Below are positions 29,350-39,300 of a stretch of 58,733 bases of DNA, in pieces. How positions within the stretch are numbered: position 1 is the stretch's first letter; every line of letters starts with the position of its first letter. The notes below the pieces were generated by a model. It saw nothing but the letters and a program-made list of their open reading frames with translations. It was not told the DNA's origin and searched no databases. The translations under genes were made by a program, and so were the position numbers. The stretch spans positions 1 to 58,733 of IMG/VR virus record IMGVR_UViG_3300037840_000178. One strand, 5' to 3'. Origin of the DNA: a virus. Taxonomy: Duplodnaviria; Caudoviricetes.

Positions 29350-29902
29350 GGAGCACGATAGAGCCAAGAAGCAGTGTCAGGGCTTGACCACCACTTGCGC
29401 TAAGCTCAGGAGCGGCTTTCGCAAGAGGCGGATCAACCCACGCACCGGGCGTTGAATTTGACGCACTTGAGTGCGAGCACTCGGTGCTATTTTGGTTCAC
29501 GAACTGGCACGACGGGACATTCCAATTCTGATAGTAGCTATCGCCAGAAGATGAAATTGTCTCGCCGAACATGGTATTGCCGCTCTCGCCTTGCATCACG
29601 ATATCCCAAGCGGTGATGGCACCATTCGTGGTTGAGAAAGAAAATTGCGAGCTGAGCGCGATGTCATCGGCGTTTGAGAAGGCGTTCCCTAGATTGAAAG
29701 AGGTGGGCGTTACAATCTGATCGGCTTCATTTGGGGCCAAAGCTTCAGCGAGCACGACATCGCCGGAAATCGATACCGTACTGTTGGCAAACGCGCCACT
29801 GGCATAGTTGGTAGTCTCAGTCATCGGAGCGCCAGTGTAATCCCATGTCACTTGAGCGAATGTAGGGGTCGTGAGCAAAACAGCGAGCATTAGTACTTTC
29901 AT
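29312..29902 (-). CDS. Secreted protein with PEP-CTERM-like (APE..) exosortase sorting signal
   Basis: Signal peptide MKVLMLAVLLTTPTFA; C-terminal AAPELSASGGQALTLLLGSIVLLNSRR. Confidence 0.65.
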   Translation of the reverse strand: MKVLMLAVLLTTPTFAQVTWDYTGAPMTETTNYASGAFANSTVSISGDVVLAEALAPNEADQIVTPTSFNLGNAFSNADDIALSSQFSFSTTNGAITAWDIVMQGESGNTMFGETISSSGDSYYQNWNVPSCQFVNQNSTECSHSSASNSTPGAWVDPPLAKAAPELSASGGQALTLLLGSIVLLNSRRQSRNSYR

Positions 29903-30163
29903 TACCCTCTCCTATTGTGGTTGATCATCGGCGGCATCAACAGGAAAGCAGATCATACGAATCTCGCGCCATCGCATTCAGCGCAGGCACAGCGCTTTGG
30001 GCGGTACCTCGATCCTTCGCGCTCGATGCCAAGAAACACGGTGTGCCCGCATTCGAGGGTCGCGATGGCTCGTTCTGGGTACAACCTGCGGCTGGTCTCG
30101 TCAGGGCTCGTATTGGGAGTTACCTCGACGGAGACGACCTTTTTGCGCACGTGTCTGATCACT

Positions 30164-30328
30164 TCATTTCTCCGCTGGCTGCCCGATCAGACTGCGGCCG
30201 CGTCCCTTGCATTCGCCGCACGGTTGAGGACTGCCGTCGAGATAGCGCGCATCGCTTTCGCCGGAGCCGCCGCAAGCGTCACATGTGTCAATCTCCGTCT
30301 CTGGCGGATCGGGCGGCTGAAAGTTCAT
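30164..30328 (-). CDS. Small DnaJ-type Zn-finger protein (below ORF track cutoff)
   Basis: Hand translation: CDACGGSG..CGECKGRG, 54 aa. Confidence 0.55.
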   Translation of the reverse strand: MNFQPPDPPETEIDTCDACGGSGESDARYLDGSPQPCGECKGRGRSLIGQPAEK

Positions 30329-30343
30329 GGCTTTGCCTCTGTT

Positions 30344-30583
30344 TCAAAATCCAAGCATTCCAAAGTGCGCTCCATATTCGCCTCCGAGATCTAAACCCAT
30401 CGTCAGCGGCTTTGGTCCCTTGATTGTGCCATCCTGGCGAATAACGGTCTCGTCATTCACTGGGACCATCTTGAAGCATGGCTTGCCTTGGTAGGTCACA
30501 AGAAACGATTCGCCATCGGCCCGGACTCGGAAGGCGTATTCGCCAGGAGCCGCGCGAAGCTGCATCATCGTGATCGTTTTCAT
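30344..30583 (-). CDS. Phd/YefM-family antitoxin-like protein (orphan)
   Basis: MKTITMMQLR..GE...V...GE...VT.QGKP...MVP. Confidence 0.7.
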   Translation of the reverse strand: MKTITMMQLRAAPGEYAFRVRADGESFLVTYQGKPCFKMVPVNDETVIRQDGTIKGPKPLTMGLDLGGEYGAHFGMLGF

Positions 30584-31144
30584 TCGGACTTCTCTCGTGG
30601 TTTAGCCTGTGACATGCGGTACGCCTCGACCAAATCCATATAGTGATCGGTGCGCAAAAGGATCGCGTCGCGCAATGGGCCAGCTGGCATGGCCTTCGCC
30701 ATTTCGACGAGCGTATCGACCTGATATTTGATAAAGGCTTCTGGAATCGCGGCGTTCATGGCTTCTCGGATGGCTTACGAGCGAATGCAGCGCGCTCGGC
30801 TGGACTATCGATAGTCATTGTCCGCCCGCAACATATAGGCCAACCGTTGCGGAGGCAGCGCGCAGCGTCAACCCTGTGCGACTGCCCGCACGTAACACAC
30901 CAGACGATGCCGCGCTTGAGCTGCGGGACTTCCTTGACGATACTGCGATGTAGGCTCACGGCTTCTGCTCTGGGTCAGTTTGTGCCGTGTGATTGCCAAG
31001 CAGCGCCACGCAGCCACGCGAGTATCATCAGCGCTCGCACGTCGGCACGTTCAATGGGGAGCAAGCTAGGCGGCATGATCTCATCGACCTCGTTGCTTGC
31101 CCTCTCGAAGTAGGGGAAATGGCGGACGCCTTGGAGCGGATCAT

Positions 31145-31663
31145 TCACTTCGATTGTCCTTCTGGATTGGCCTGAGAGCCCACGTATTCGCCCTTCACGT
31201 ATTCAGGGACGGGCGCACCGATCATCTGATGCAGATCAGCGTCCATCGTGTTCTTGCCGGCCGTTTCCATCTTCTCATCCCACACGCCAGCTTCGCGCAT
31301 CAGCTTTTCGACTGGACCCTGCGGCTGCTGGTTACGCTGGATAATGCACCACTTGGCCGCACCCCAACGCGGGTCGGCCATCCACATCCGCCACAGAGTC
31401 TCAATCTGGCTGTACGGCAATTCCTCGGCATCTGCGCAACCCCACGCAAAAATGTCATTACAGTTTACGCAGCATGCGACAAGATTTTGCACACGTTCCG
31501 GGCACTCTTTTTCCCAGTGAAGCGAATTGAGGAACACGACTTGATTCAGCAGCAAATGAGCGAGCGCGCCCTCGGACTCAAACTCTGGCGTAGACGGCCG
31601 ATCCTTCCAATCCATCGTCCATTCGATGTCGGTTGGTTTTATGGTCCATTCGATATCGCTCAT
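31145..31663 (-). CDS. Hypothetical phage protein
   Basis: VNCNDIFAWGCADAE motif; ATGA-type coupling with upstream gene. Confidence 0.6.
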   Translation of the reverse strand: MSDIEWTIKPTDIEWTMDWKDRPSTPEFESEGALAHLLLNQVVFLNSLHWEKECPERVQNLVACCVNCNDIFAWGCADAEELPYSQIETLWRMWMADPRWGAAKWCIIQRNQQPQGPVEKLMREAGVWDEKMETAGKNTMDADLHQMIGAPVPEYVKGEYVGSQANPEGQSK

Positions 31664-32088
31664 TGTTTCGCTCCGGGTTTGGCCGGTGGCGCATCCGGCA
31701 GGGGCATCCAGTGGGTTGGATCGACAAATAATTCCTCGCAATCTCGATCAACCCAGCCATTGGCGTAGTGACCAATCACCTGACAGTTTCGTCCGCTCTT
31801 CCACGGCTGCCACAGGAGGATCGCAATTCCTGTATGCGGTGCCGTCTCGATTGGCTGCCATCCATGCGGCATCTCTTCGATCATGTGCCGCACCATTGTC
31901 TCGGCCTGGTCAGCGCCGAAAAGATTCGTGCCAGAAGGCTGATGGCGCGCAGGAGGTTTGCCCCGCGCAGCGTTGTATTCGACGTTATAGAATGGCTTGA
32001 AGAGGATGCCTCCATCGGGTCCGAAGTTATCCGGCAGGCGCCATCCAAGGAAGCGATTCACCATGTGCTTAATTTGCTCATCGGTCAT
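31660..32088 (-). CDS. DUF551-like phage accessory protein
   Basis: WQPIETAP..PTHWMPLPDAP. Confidence 0.7.
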   Translation of the reverse strand: MTDEQIKHMVNRFLGWRLPDNFGPDGGILFKPFYNVEYNAARGKPPARHQPSGTNLFGADQAETMVRHMIEEMPHGWQPIETAPHTGIAILLWQPWKSGRNCQVIGHYANGWVDRDCEELFVDPTHWMPLPDAPPAKPGAKQ

Positions 32089-32387
32089 TTGCCATCTCCT
32101 GTGGGTTTGGCCTTAGAGCGTCGCGGCCCAGAGCCCTTGAGCTTTTGGCCTTCTGGCGAGATGACGAACCCGCTGGGGTCTACGTATACCTGCCCGTAGT
32201 CGCATAACTCGCCGTTGACTGTCACCGTGCGCGGTCCATCGACGTGAACGCCATGCGCCACTAGCCACGCATCGATAGCTATCGCGACCTCGTCGCCGGT
32301 CAATTCTATTGCGACACCAGGGCCATACTTCGTTCGGCCGTCACCGTATTTAATCTCCATGCTTGGCCTCGGATTTGTCAGCGTCAT
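32085..32387 (-). CDS. Hypothetical phage protein
   Basis: Part of the tightly coupled minus-strand array. Confidence 0.55.
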   Translation of the reverse strand: MTLTNPRPSMEIKYGDGRTKYGPGVAIELTGDEVAIAIDAWLVAHGVHVDGPRTVTVNGELCDYGQVYVDPSGFVISPEGQKLKGSGPRRSKAKPTGDGK

Positions 32388-32859
32388 GATCTTGCTTTAC
32401 CCAATCTAAGCACTCTGGGCACGTGCAAAGATCCGGGTCACAGCAAATCTCGTCACCTGGTCCAAAATATCCGCACATAGGATTCAATTGGCGTTTATGC
32501 CTTTCCGTGGGCGCGTAGTGCATGTGGATCATGTCGGGTCCTCCGCAGCGGAGTTGAACTCGTATGCCGATGATGTGTACACACCTTGATCTTCCGCAAC
32601 CGCCGGATGGGAATCTCCCATCCTAAAAGCGGCCACGTCTCTCAACGCTGTCGGCACAGCGCGGCCTGTAATTAGCCCCTCAGGCGGCAGGGCACCGGTC
32701 CTCATTTGGATGCTTCGGATGTATTTTCGTAGCAGCCCTTCAAATATGCGGCCACGATGGCATCGATCACCCATTCGTGAGGATGAAATGGCTCGCTGTA
32801 GTAGCTATGCGGTTTCGCCCTAGCAAACTTCCGCGCTAACTCAACTGCTTCCTGTTTGG

Positions 32860-33387
32860 TCATGTCGGCTCCCGCTTTGAGACGGATGTATGTTCAGAGC
32901 ATGCGATCGACGCAATAGCGTCAGCATTCCAGATGCAACCGCTCGCGCAGTCCCAACCGTAATACCAATTCATCTCCATCCGAGCCGACCACTGATATGG
33001 CGCAATCATGATGCCCGGATATTTAGCGGCTACCTTGGGCCATTGAATCGCATGCTCGTCCCAGCGCGCTCGAATACCAAACTCGCGCTGGAAGTCATCC
33101 AGGTCGCCGTGCGACACGAGCCAGAGCATGCTGTCGGGATTATGCAGCGTGACGACGTGGCGATATTTCAGGCGCTCGATCGCGAAACGCTCAGCCTTGC
33201 ACCAGGCCGGCCAATCATCCTCACCATCAATCGACACCCAAAGCCCTTTTGGCTTCTCGAAGGCGCTCACATAACCATCCTCACGAGGTGTCCGCTGCTC
33301 TACCGAACGCGGCGATTCCAGCGGCTTATCCGACCAGTGTGATAATGTCGGCCATGCGATCCCAAGGGGTTGCAGATCAGCGCTCAT
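32860..33387 (-). CDS. Hypothetical Trp-rich phage protein
   Basis: KPKGLWVS..WYYGWDCASGCIWN. Confidence 0.6.
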   Translation of the reverse strand: MSADLQPLGIAWPTLSHWSDKPLESPRSVEQRTPREDGYVSAFEKPKGLWVSIDGEDDWPAWCKAERFAIERLKYRHVVTLHNPDSMLWLVSHGDLDDFQREFGIRARWDEHAIQWPKVAAKYPGIMIAPYQWSARMEMNWYYGWDCASGCIWNADAIASIACSEHTSVSKREPT

Positions 33388-33550
33388 TCTTGATTTCCTG
33401 GTGAAGTATCCGAGAAGCCCTCGCTGATGATTGCGGCCCACGCGGTAAGGATTTCCTCCTTTACGTCGTCGTCCACCGCGTCTAGCTCATCGCCGAGACC
33501 GCGCCGGTCGGAGATATCCGTCATGATGGCCTTCGCAATTTCAAGAGCGG

Positions 33551-33898
33551 TCATTGTTGATCTCCCTGTGAAGTAGAGGTATAGCGTTTGGCGTCTTCGA
33601 GCCATTCCAGCACGCTTTTCCCCAGGGTAATATCGTTACCCCACTCGTCGTAGCCATTTTCAAACATGGTCTTGTCGATTGCTGGTATGTGCTCGATCAT
33701 CCAGCGTCCTTGCGCATCGGTGATGGGTACGACGTGGCTAAAACCATTGGCGCGAAACGGCTTGCCTTCGCCATCTACGATCATGTGGCGCTCACCACTG
33801 CCATGCGGCATTGAATATTCGTAGAACCCGACGCACCAATGGTCTCCAGGATCGGCGTCGCTCCATTTATGGGCGAGTACATAGTCGCCTTTTTTCAT
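33551..33898 (-). CDS. Hypothetical phage protein
   Basis: GDYVLA.KWSD.DP.DHW.VGF; coupled array. Confidence 0.55.
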   Translation of the reverse strand: MKKGDYVLAHKWSDADPGDHWCVGFYEYSMPHGSGERHMIVDGEGKPFRANGFSHVVPITDAQGRWMIEHIPAIDKTMFENGYDEWGNDITLGKSVLEWLEDAKRYTSTSQGDQQ

Positions 33899-34160
33899 AG
33901 CGGGAATTTCCCGGTCTTGCGATTGTTGATGATATCGGCCACCAGATGACGCGCGGCCTTCATTCGCTCCTTGTACGTTCCCTCACTGAATTGGCCAGCG
34001 TGCCAACGCACGGCGTCATCCCTCCGGCACATCGGACACGGGATGTCCTCGTCGTTATCGTAGAGATTGCCCTGGCTGTCGCAGTTGTCTGCGTCCAGGA
34101 CGCCTCCCATCGACGCACACCGAATCTGGATAGCGCGCACCAAACTCGTACCCCTGGTAG

Positions 34161-34427
34161 TTACACATTTCGTTCGACCTGAGATGCGATCCAGTCTTGA
34201 ACAGCCTGGGCCGCTTCCATGTAGCTCTCGGTCGGCCGCATGTCGTTCTCCTGTCCTGGTCGATAGGCTCGCCAGATGCGGTCCCGGAGCGCTCTGGGCA
34301 GCCTGAACCAGTGCTGAGAGCACCCCCACATGGCAGGAGGCACCTGCTTGCCACAGCCGGGCCAGTGGCACGTATGGCCGCGAGACTGTGGTTGCCGGCG
34401 AACGTAATCGGCTTTGGATTCAGTCAT
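34161..34427 (-). CDS. Cys/His-rich small phage protein
   Basis: HTCHWPGC..CSQHW. Confidence 0.6.
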   Translation of the reverse strand: MTESKADYVRRQPQSRGHTCHWPGCGKQVPPAMWGCSQHWFRLPRALRDRIWRAYRPGQENDMRPTESYMEAAQAVQDWIASQVERNV

Positions 34428-34714
34428 CTTAGTGGCTCCACGCGGCGGCGATTCCGGTCATAAGTTTTCCGGGTCATGGATGGGCTGATGTGTCCAGCCA
34501 AAAGATATGCGGCATCGAAACTCGCATTGTCAGAAATATTCTTCGCGCGAATGTCATGAAAATGCGGAGCGTCCTGGCATCCGTAACGATTGAAATCCCC
34601 TCGTTTTAAAGAGGATTCCCATACTACGCGCCAAGTAACCCCGAAAAGTCCAGAGGTAAAGCTTGCTCGCGCAACTGGTTGAGAGACGGTCAAATTTTCT
34701 GAAACTATTTGCAT
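34424..34714 (-). pseudogene. C-terminal fragment of a tyrosine integrase
   Basis: FHDIRAK (HxxR), AGH, TRKTY (catalytic Tyr); only 96 aa, N-terminal domains missing. Confidence 0.7.
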
Positions 34715-35127
34715 TTTGATGCTTCGGTTACCGGATGTTCACAGGCGTCACTCGCCTGATATTCAAAATGGATACGAGTAACGATCGAATCCGGCTTGCA
34801 TCCATGGGTCGAGCAGAAAAAATTTATGAACTCCGAAGGCCATCGAAACACGGGATGTTCCGCGAATCCTTCCGCCTCAACCTCGGCGAATCCATAGTCG
34901 ACATCGGCGACCATTGCATCCAGCGGCTCGCGGCGAACGCTGACCACTCGCAGCGGGCCACGTAGCGGCTCGATCTTCTCGCCTAGACGCAACCCCATGC
35001 ATTTCTTGACCGGCCGGATTAGGTCGCCAGGCTTGAGTTTTAGCCATCCCGTGCGGCGCGTCACCGTCTTAGTGCCAGCTAGGATTTGGGCGGTTGTCAA
35101 AGCAAAACTCATGTTACGCACGATCAA
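34705..35127 (-). CDS. ASCH/PUA-like domain protein
   Basis: MSF..QILAGTKTVTRR..LKPGD..AEGF..VTRI.F. Confidence 0.75.
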   Translation of the reverse strand: MIVRNMSFALTTAQILAGTKTVTRRTGWLKLKPGDLIRPVKKCMGLRLGEKIEPLRGPLRVVSVRREPLDAMVADVDYGFAEVEAEGFAEHPVFRWPSEFINFFCSTHGCKPDSIVTRIHFEYQASDACEHPVTEASKCK

Positions 35128-35910
35128 CTTTCCGGTTCAACTGTTGCTGCCGCCGCGCTCTGGGTCTTGATGCACCCACAAGACAATGCGCGGGTCAGAA
35201 TCAAGCTTAGGACCGCAGGGGCAGAATTCGTGCAGGGAGTGCCGCACCGCCAGTCGTCCATCCTCAAGGACCGGAGCCACATGCAGTGCGAAATCTTCGT
35301 CACGAAATACACCCCATTGGCTCATGGCTTCGATGCCCGGTTCGCCTTGGAGCGCGTAGCCACGAATCGGTCTGGCGGCTGCACATAGATTTTTCGGCCT
35401 TTCGCGGTCGAATGAATCAGGACCTCCTGGTGGTCCGTCCTGATGATCAGCGTATAGAGCCGATCATCGTGACAAGCTCGGATCACCTCAAGCGGACCGA
35501 ACTTGAATCCGTGCTGTGTCGTTTCATCCATGCTTGGCCTCGGTTTTCGCTTCGTAGCGCCTGCGTCGATTGCAAGCGATCCAGCCGGCCATATAGGCGA
35601 ATCGCAGGTATTCCCACAGGCCGGTCGGCGTGTTCATAAATCTCCGCGCATGGACGACGTTCCTGCCAGCAAATACGTCAGCGCGGTCCCATAGACTGAT
35701 GCGTTTGCGTTTCATTTCGTTTCCGCAGTGAGTACCGCATCGATCCGATCTGCGAGTGCATAGGGCGCCTCACCCATCCACGGGCGCACGTCGCGCAAGA
35801 GCTGCTCAAGCTGCGCAACCCTCTCCACCGCACACTCATGATGCTGCATGTTCTTGTAGCACCCGTCCCAGTGGGAAAGGGGCTGATCGTTTGAGGGCCG
35901 ATCGCCGATA

Positions 35911-36693
35911 TTAGCCATTGTCGTTTCCTTGGGGTTCCCGTGCGAAGTCGATCGGCCGGTCGCGCGGATCGTTGTCTCCTGCGGCTTCCTCGGCCTCGCG
36001 CTGCGCGATCTCCATGCCGGTGGGCTCTGGCGTTTCCGCTTCGTAGCCTATGGCCCCACGGGCGATATCCCGCATGTTCTCAAAATCCCCCTGCCACGTA
36101 TCCCCGTACGGGATATCGGGGGCGCCGAACATTGCAATCTGCCGCAGCGCCGCCTCAAGCTGTGCGAGTTTCGCATCGAGCGCCCGGCGCACTTCGCCGT
36201 CGCTGCGCTGGATCTGCTCGAGCTGCGCAATGCGGTCCTGGGCGTCGCAGAGTCGTTGACAGGTATCGTGAAGGGCATCCTGTGTTTCGCTAAGTTCGTC
36301 ACCGTCAGTAGTAGCTCGCAGCGTGCTGTCGTTTCCCGGCAGCAACTCGTCTATGCGATCGGTCACTCGGTCAAAGAATTCACCCACGTCGTCCGGGCCA
36401 TCCAGCGTCACTGTATAGTCCAGCAAGTAACGAGCATCTTTCAGCGCTGCCTCAAGATGCGCAATGCGTTTGATGGCCGGATCGTATAGCTGATCCAGGC
36501 GGTCCCCCTTGGCTTTTTGGAATTCGTACCCCTCCCGCCAGGTTTTGCACGCTTTCTCAAGCCTGGCAAGCGCGCGCCGCTGGTTCTGCCGATTCCATGC
36601 CAGTGCATTGATCAAGTCGGCGCTATCGACCTCCTGACCTTTCTCCCACTGCTGGAGAATCGCCGCGTATTCGATGTGATCGTTACTGACCAT
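35911..36693 (-). CDS. Modular coiled-coil accessory protein
   Basis: Repeated RIAxLE/LAQLEAAL segments. Confidence 0.55.
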   Translation of the reverse strand: MVSNDHIEYAAILQQWEKGQEVDSADLINALAWNRQNQRRALARLEKACKTWREGYEFQKAKGDRLDQLYDPAIKRIAHLEAALKDARYLLDYTVTLDGPDDVGEFFDRVTDRIDELLPGNDSTLRATTDGDELSETQDALHDTCQRLCDAQDRIAQLEQIQRSDGEVRRALDAKLAQLEAALRQIAMFGAPDIPYGDTWQGDFENMRDIARGAIGYEAETPEPTGMEIAQREAEEAAGDNDPRDRPIDFAREPQGNDNG

Positions 36694-36906
36694 GAGACTT
36701 CTCGGGGTTTTGCGGAGAGCGAACACTAAGGCTCGTCGGCTTTACGTAGGCGCGATATTTGATCCTCTCGCCTTTCAATGACGCCTGTGGCACGTCGGCT
36801 TCAATGCGCACACGCTTGCCGGTTTTGCTCACATTGATAACGATGGCTGGACACATCCCCCACCATGATCCGGTGTGCCACCATACTGCTTGGTCTGCCG
36901 AATAGG

Positions 36907-37407
36907 TCATGGTTGCTTCTCGGAGTTTTCCGGTGGCAAACATTCAACCCCTTGGGTAGTCAAACGCTTGTACTCGCTCTTTGAGTGAGCGCGACGGACT
37001 GGCGTTTCCGAAACTGACGCTTTAGGCGTCCAAGGGTGCGTACCCGGATGCAGCTCCTTGATCTGATCGCAGACGGCGCAGAGCGTGGAGACTGGCGTTT
37101 CCGAGGTAAGTCCGCGCTCTCTGGCGATCGCATCGGCCGTTTCATTGACGATCCGCGCGTGCATGGCTTCGGGCGTTTCCGCAGTGAGTCCGATCAGCGC
37201 TGCTAGGTCGTTTACATAGCCGTGATCCTTGCCAGGCCAGCTATCTCGACGCATCGCTACGATGAGCCGTGTTGCCCCCGCCTCGATCTGCGCGATGCGC
37301 GCCTGCGCTGTTTCATATTCGGTGGCCCAAACGAAGCGAGGCGCGACCCAGTAGGTGCCGGGGTCCGGTTTCATCTGCCCATCTTTAAGCACGAACTTCT
37401 CAGCCAT
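36907..37407 (-). CDS. Modular accessory protein with (A/S)ETP repeats
   Basis: LTAETP, LTSETP, VSETP; AAGGA SD before ATG 37407. Confidence 0.55.
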   Translation of the reverse strand: MAEKFVLKDGQMKPDPGTYWVAPRFVWATEYETAQARIAQIEAGATRLIVAMRRDSWPGKDHGYVNDLAALIGLTAETPEAMHARIVNETADAIARERGLTSETPVSTLCAVCDQIKELHPGTHPWTPKASVSETPVRRAHSKSEYKRLTTQGVECLPPENSEKQP

Positions 37408-37623
37408 GTTCATCCTTCGAGGCGTTTTGCAGTTCGAAGCCGGGGCGCAGCGCCAACACGGCACGCACGCGATCCTCGCGGCGAATGTCGGCCAATTGTT
37501 CCTTGCGGGCGTCACTATTGGGCGATCCCTGCGGTTTCGTTCGGAACGCTGGAAACGCATCGGCATACTCAATTAGCAATGCACGCATCTCCTCGATCAA
37601 TTCGATATCCGTCATGGTCACGG

Positions 37624-38373
37624 CTATAAGTCCTTTGCAGATTGTGATGATGTCAGCATGCGCCATGCTCCAGCAGCCACGCTTGGAACCTGTCCGTTTC
37701 CAACGGAGTGAGTGCGGACCACCCGATGGGCCACATCATCATCCATTCGAGCACGGGCGTCGGCCATCTCCAACCAAAGTGCGAGACTATCTGGTGCGTT
37801 GAGTCCGTTGCAGAACGGCTCATTCGACGGTTGTCTAAATTGCCGCTCAGACCAGGGCCCCGGCGATCCCACGAAGCCGTCACGGTCGGCAACGATAAAG
37901 ACCCTCTCACGCTTGTGTCGTGCTCCAGCATCGGCAGCGCTGAACACTCCCCACCGCGCATCCATCCCCATTTCGGCAAGGTCGGCGAGAACGCGGTCGA
38001 GTCCCCGAACAACGAGGTCTGCCGAGTTCTCCACGAACGCGTAACGCGACTGTACCTCACGGATGACCCTGGCCATTTCCAACCAAAGCCCGCTGCGCTC
38101 GCCGTCGAGTCCAGTTCTGGGACCTGCGCCGCTAACGTCCTGACAGGGAAATCCGCCAGAAACCACGTCAACACGTCCTCTCCAAGCTGCTCCGGAGAAG
38201 GTTCGTATGTCGTCCCAGATCGGGAAAAGATCGAGAGAACCATCGCATTGTCGGAGCTGTAGGACTGACCGGCAGAATTCGTTGATCTCCACTGCGCAGA
38301 TAGTCCGCCATCCGATAAGGCGGCTCGCGAGTAGGCCACCACCAACTCCAGCGAAAAGTGCCAACTCATTCAC
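37624..38373 (-). CDS. DNA (cytosine-5) methyltransferase, alpha-type subunit
   Basis: Motifs I LFAGVGG, IV GFPCQD, VI VENS, VIII HKRERVF, X GNGQVP; motif IX not seen. Confidence 0.9.
   Translation of the reverse strand: MNELALFAGVGGGLLASRLIGWRTICAVEINEFCRSVLQLRQCDGSLDLFPIWDDIRTFSGAAWRGRVDVVSGGFPCQDVSGAGPRTGLDGERSGLWLEMARVIREVQSRYAFVENSADLVVRGLDRVLADLAEMGMDARWGVFSAADAGARHKRERVFIVADRDGFVGSPGPWSERQFRQPSNEPFCNGLNAPDSLALWLEMADARARMDDDVAHRVVRTHSVGNGQVPSVAAGAWRMLTSSQSAKDL
37653..38369 (-). CDS. Overlapping alternative-frame ORF, putative methyltransferase beta subunit
   Basis: 238-codon ORF nested in the MTase; C-terminal P.LEWMMMWPIGW resembles motif IX. Confidence 0.6.
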   Translation of the reverse strand: MSWHFSLELVVAYSRAALSDGGLSAQWRSTNSAGQSYSSDNAMVLSIFSRSGTTYEPSPEQLGEDVLTWFLADFPVRTLAAQVPELDSTASAAGFGWKWPGSSVRYSRVTRSWRTRQTSLFGDSTAFSPTLPKWGWMRGGECSALPMLEHDTSVRGSLSLPTVTASWDRRGPGLSGNLDNRRMSRSATDSTHQIVSHFGWRWPTPVLEWMMMWPIGWSALTPLETDRFQAWLLEHGAC

Positions 38374-39118
38374 GCTATCCCTCTTTTCCCGCAGCGATCG
38401 ATCTAACCCGCGCCATCACCGAAATCGCTATCCCCGACACAAACAGAGCGATGAGGACGGGTAGCAATAAGAATACACAAACGATGACAGCCTGGAGCCA
38501 GATCCAAAAAGCGCGCATCACTGCACCCTGCGCATCTTTTTGAGGCGCAACACAGCGATATGGAATTGCACCGTGAGGATGGCGTTGTCTATCTTCAGCT
38601 CCTCGCATTCGGCTTCCCTAGCGGCAAGCTCTCGCACCGAGTCCGCGAGCAGATCCTCCAGTAATCGCTCTTTCGGCGTCATGGAATACCCTTCAAGCGC
38701 AGGATCTCCAAATCACGCGCATTCAATTCAGAAGTGAGTTCGGCGCGCATCTGGTTGAACCGATCATCGCAGTCAAGGTGGGATGATTCGACATCTTGGA
38801 TCCACATCCCAAATGCGATTCCACCGATGAAGGTGACGCTGACGATGAGGTAAATCATGGGCTAATGACTCCACCGACTCGATGATCGTTCGCCTTACGC
38901 TGACGCTGCTTGGCGCTTACATGGGCGCTAATGACGCATCCGATGACCCAGAGAAAAAGCCAGACGGTCGCGCCTAGGCACATAATCGAAAAAGCGACTC
39001 TCGCCGCAGTCCATAGATGATTCATCGCACTACCATCCATATGATAATTGCAACGCAATAGACGATCCCGAACCAGCAAGCAATTGTCTCAAGGCGTGAT
39101 GGAGTATCCATGACGAAT

Positions 39119-39148
39119 ATCCTACAGCCGGTTGCTTCGTAAAGTCAA
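39119..39148 (-). promoter_or_regulatory. Putative sigma70 promoter TTGACT-18-TAGGAT with operator-like spacer
   Basis: -35 at 39143-39148, -10 at 39119-39124; spacer holds AGCCGGTTGCT. Confidence 0.45.
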
Positions 39149-39300
39149 GCTTTCTCTAGCGCCTTCTTTGCTGCGCGCGCTTTGCCAGAGGCAATGCCGC
39201 CCAAGGCGCCTGCCTTACGCTTTTTGACGCCGCGGCCGCTCTTGCCGCCTTTGGCCCCAATGCGCCGCATGTACTCGCTGACTTCTTTAGGGATTCTCAT
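39145..39300 (-). CDS. Small basic KGG-motif protein
   Basis: YMRRIGAKGGKSG..GALGGIASGKAR. Confidence 0.6.
   Translation of the reverse strand: MRIPKEVSEYMRRIGAKGGKSGRGVKKRKAGALGGIASGKARAAKKALEKA

Noticed and set aside
29915-31768. Plus-strand ORFs over the early block (29915, 29917, 30643, 31097)
   Set aside because: Antisense to a tightly coupled minus-strand array; no recognisable motifs.
37624-38373. Complete restriction-modification system
   Set aside because: No restriction endonuclease recognised nearby; treated as an orphan phage methyltransferase.
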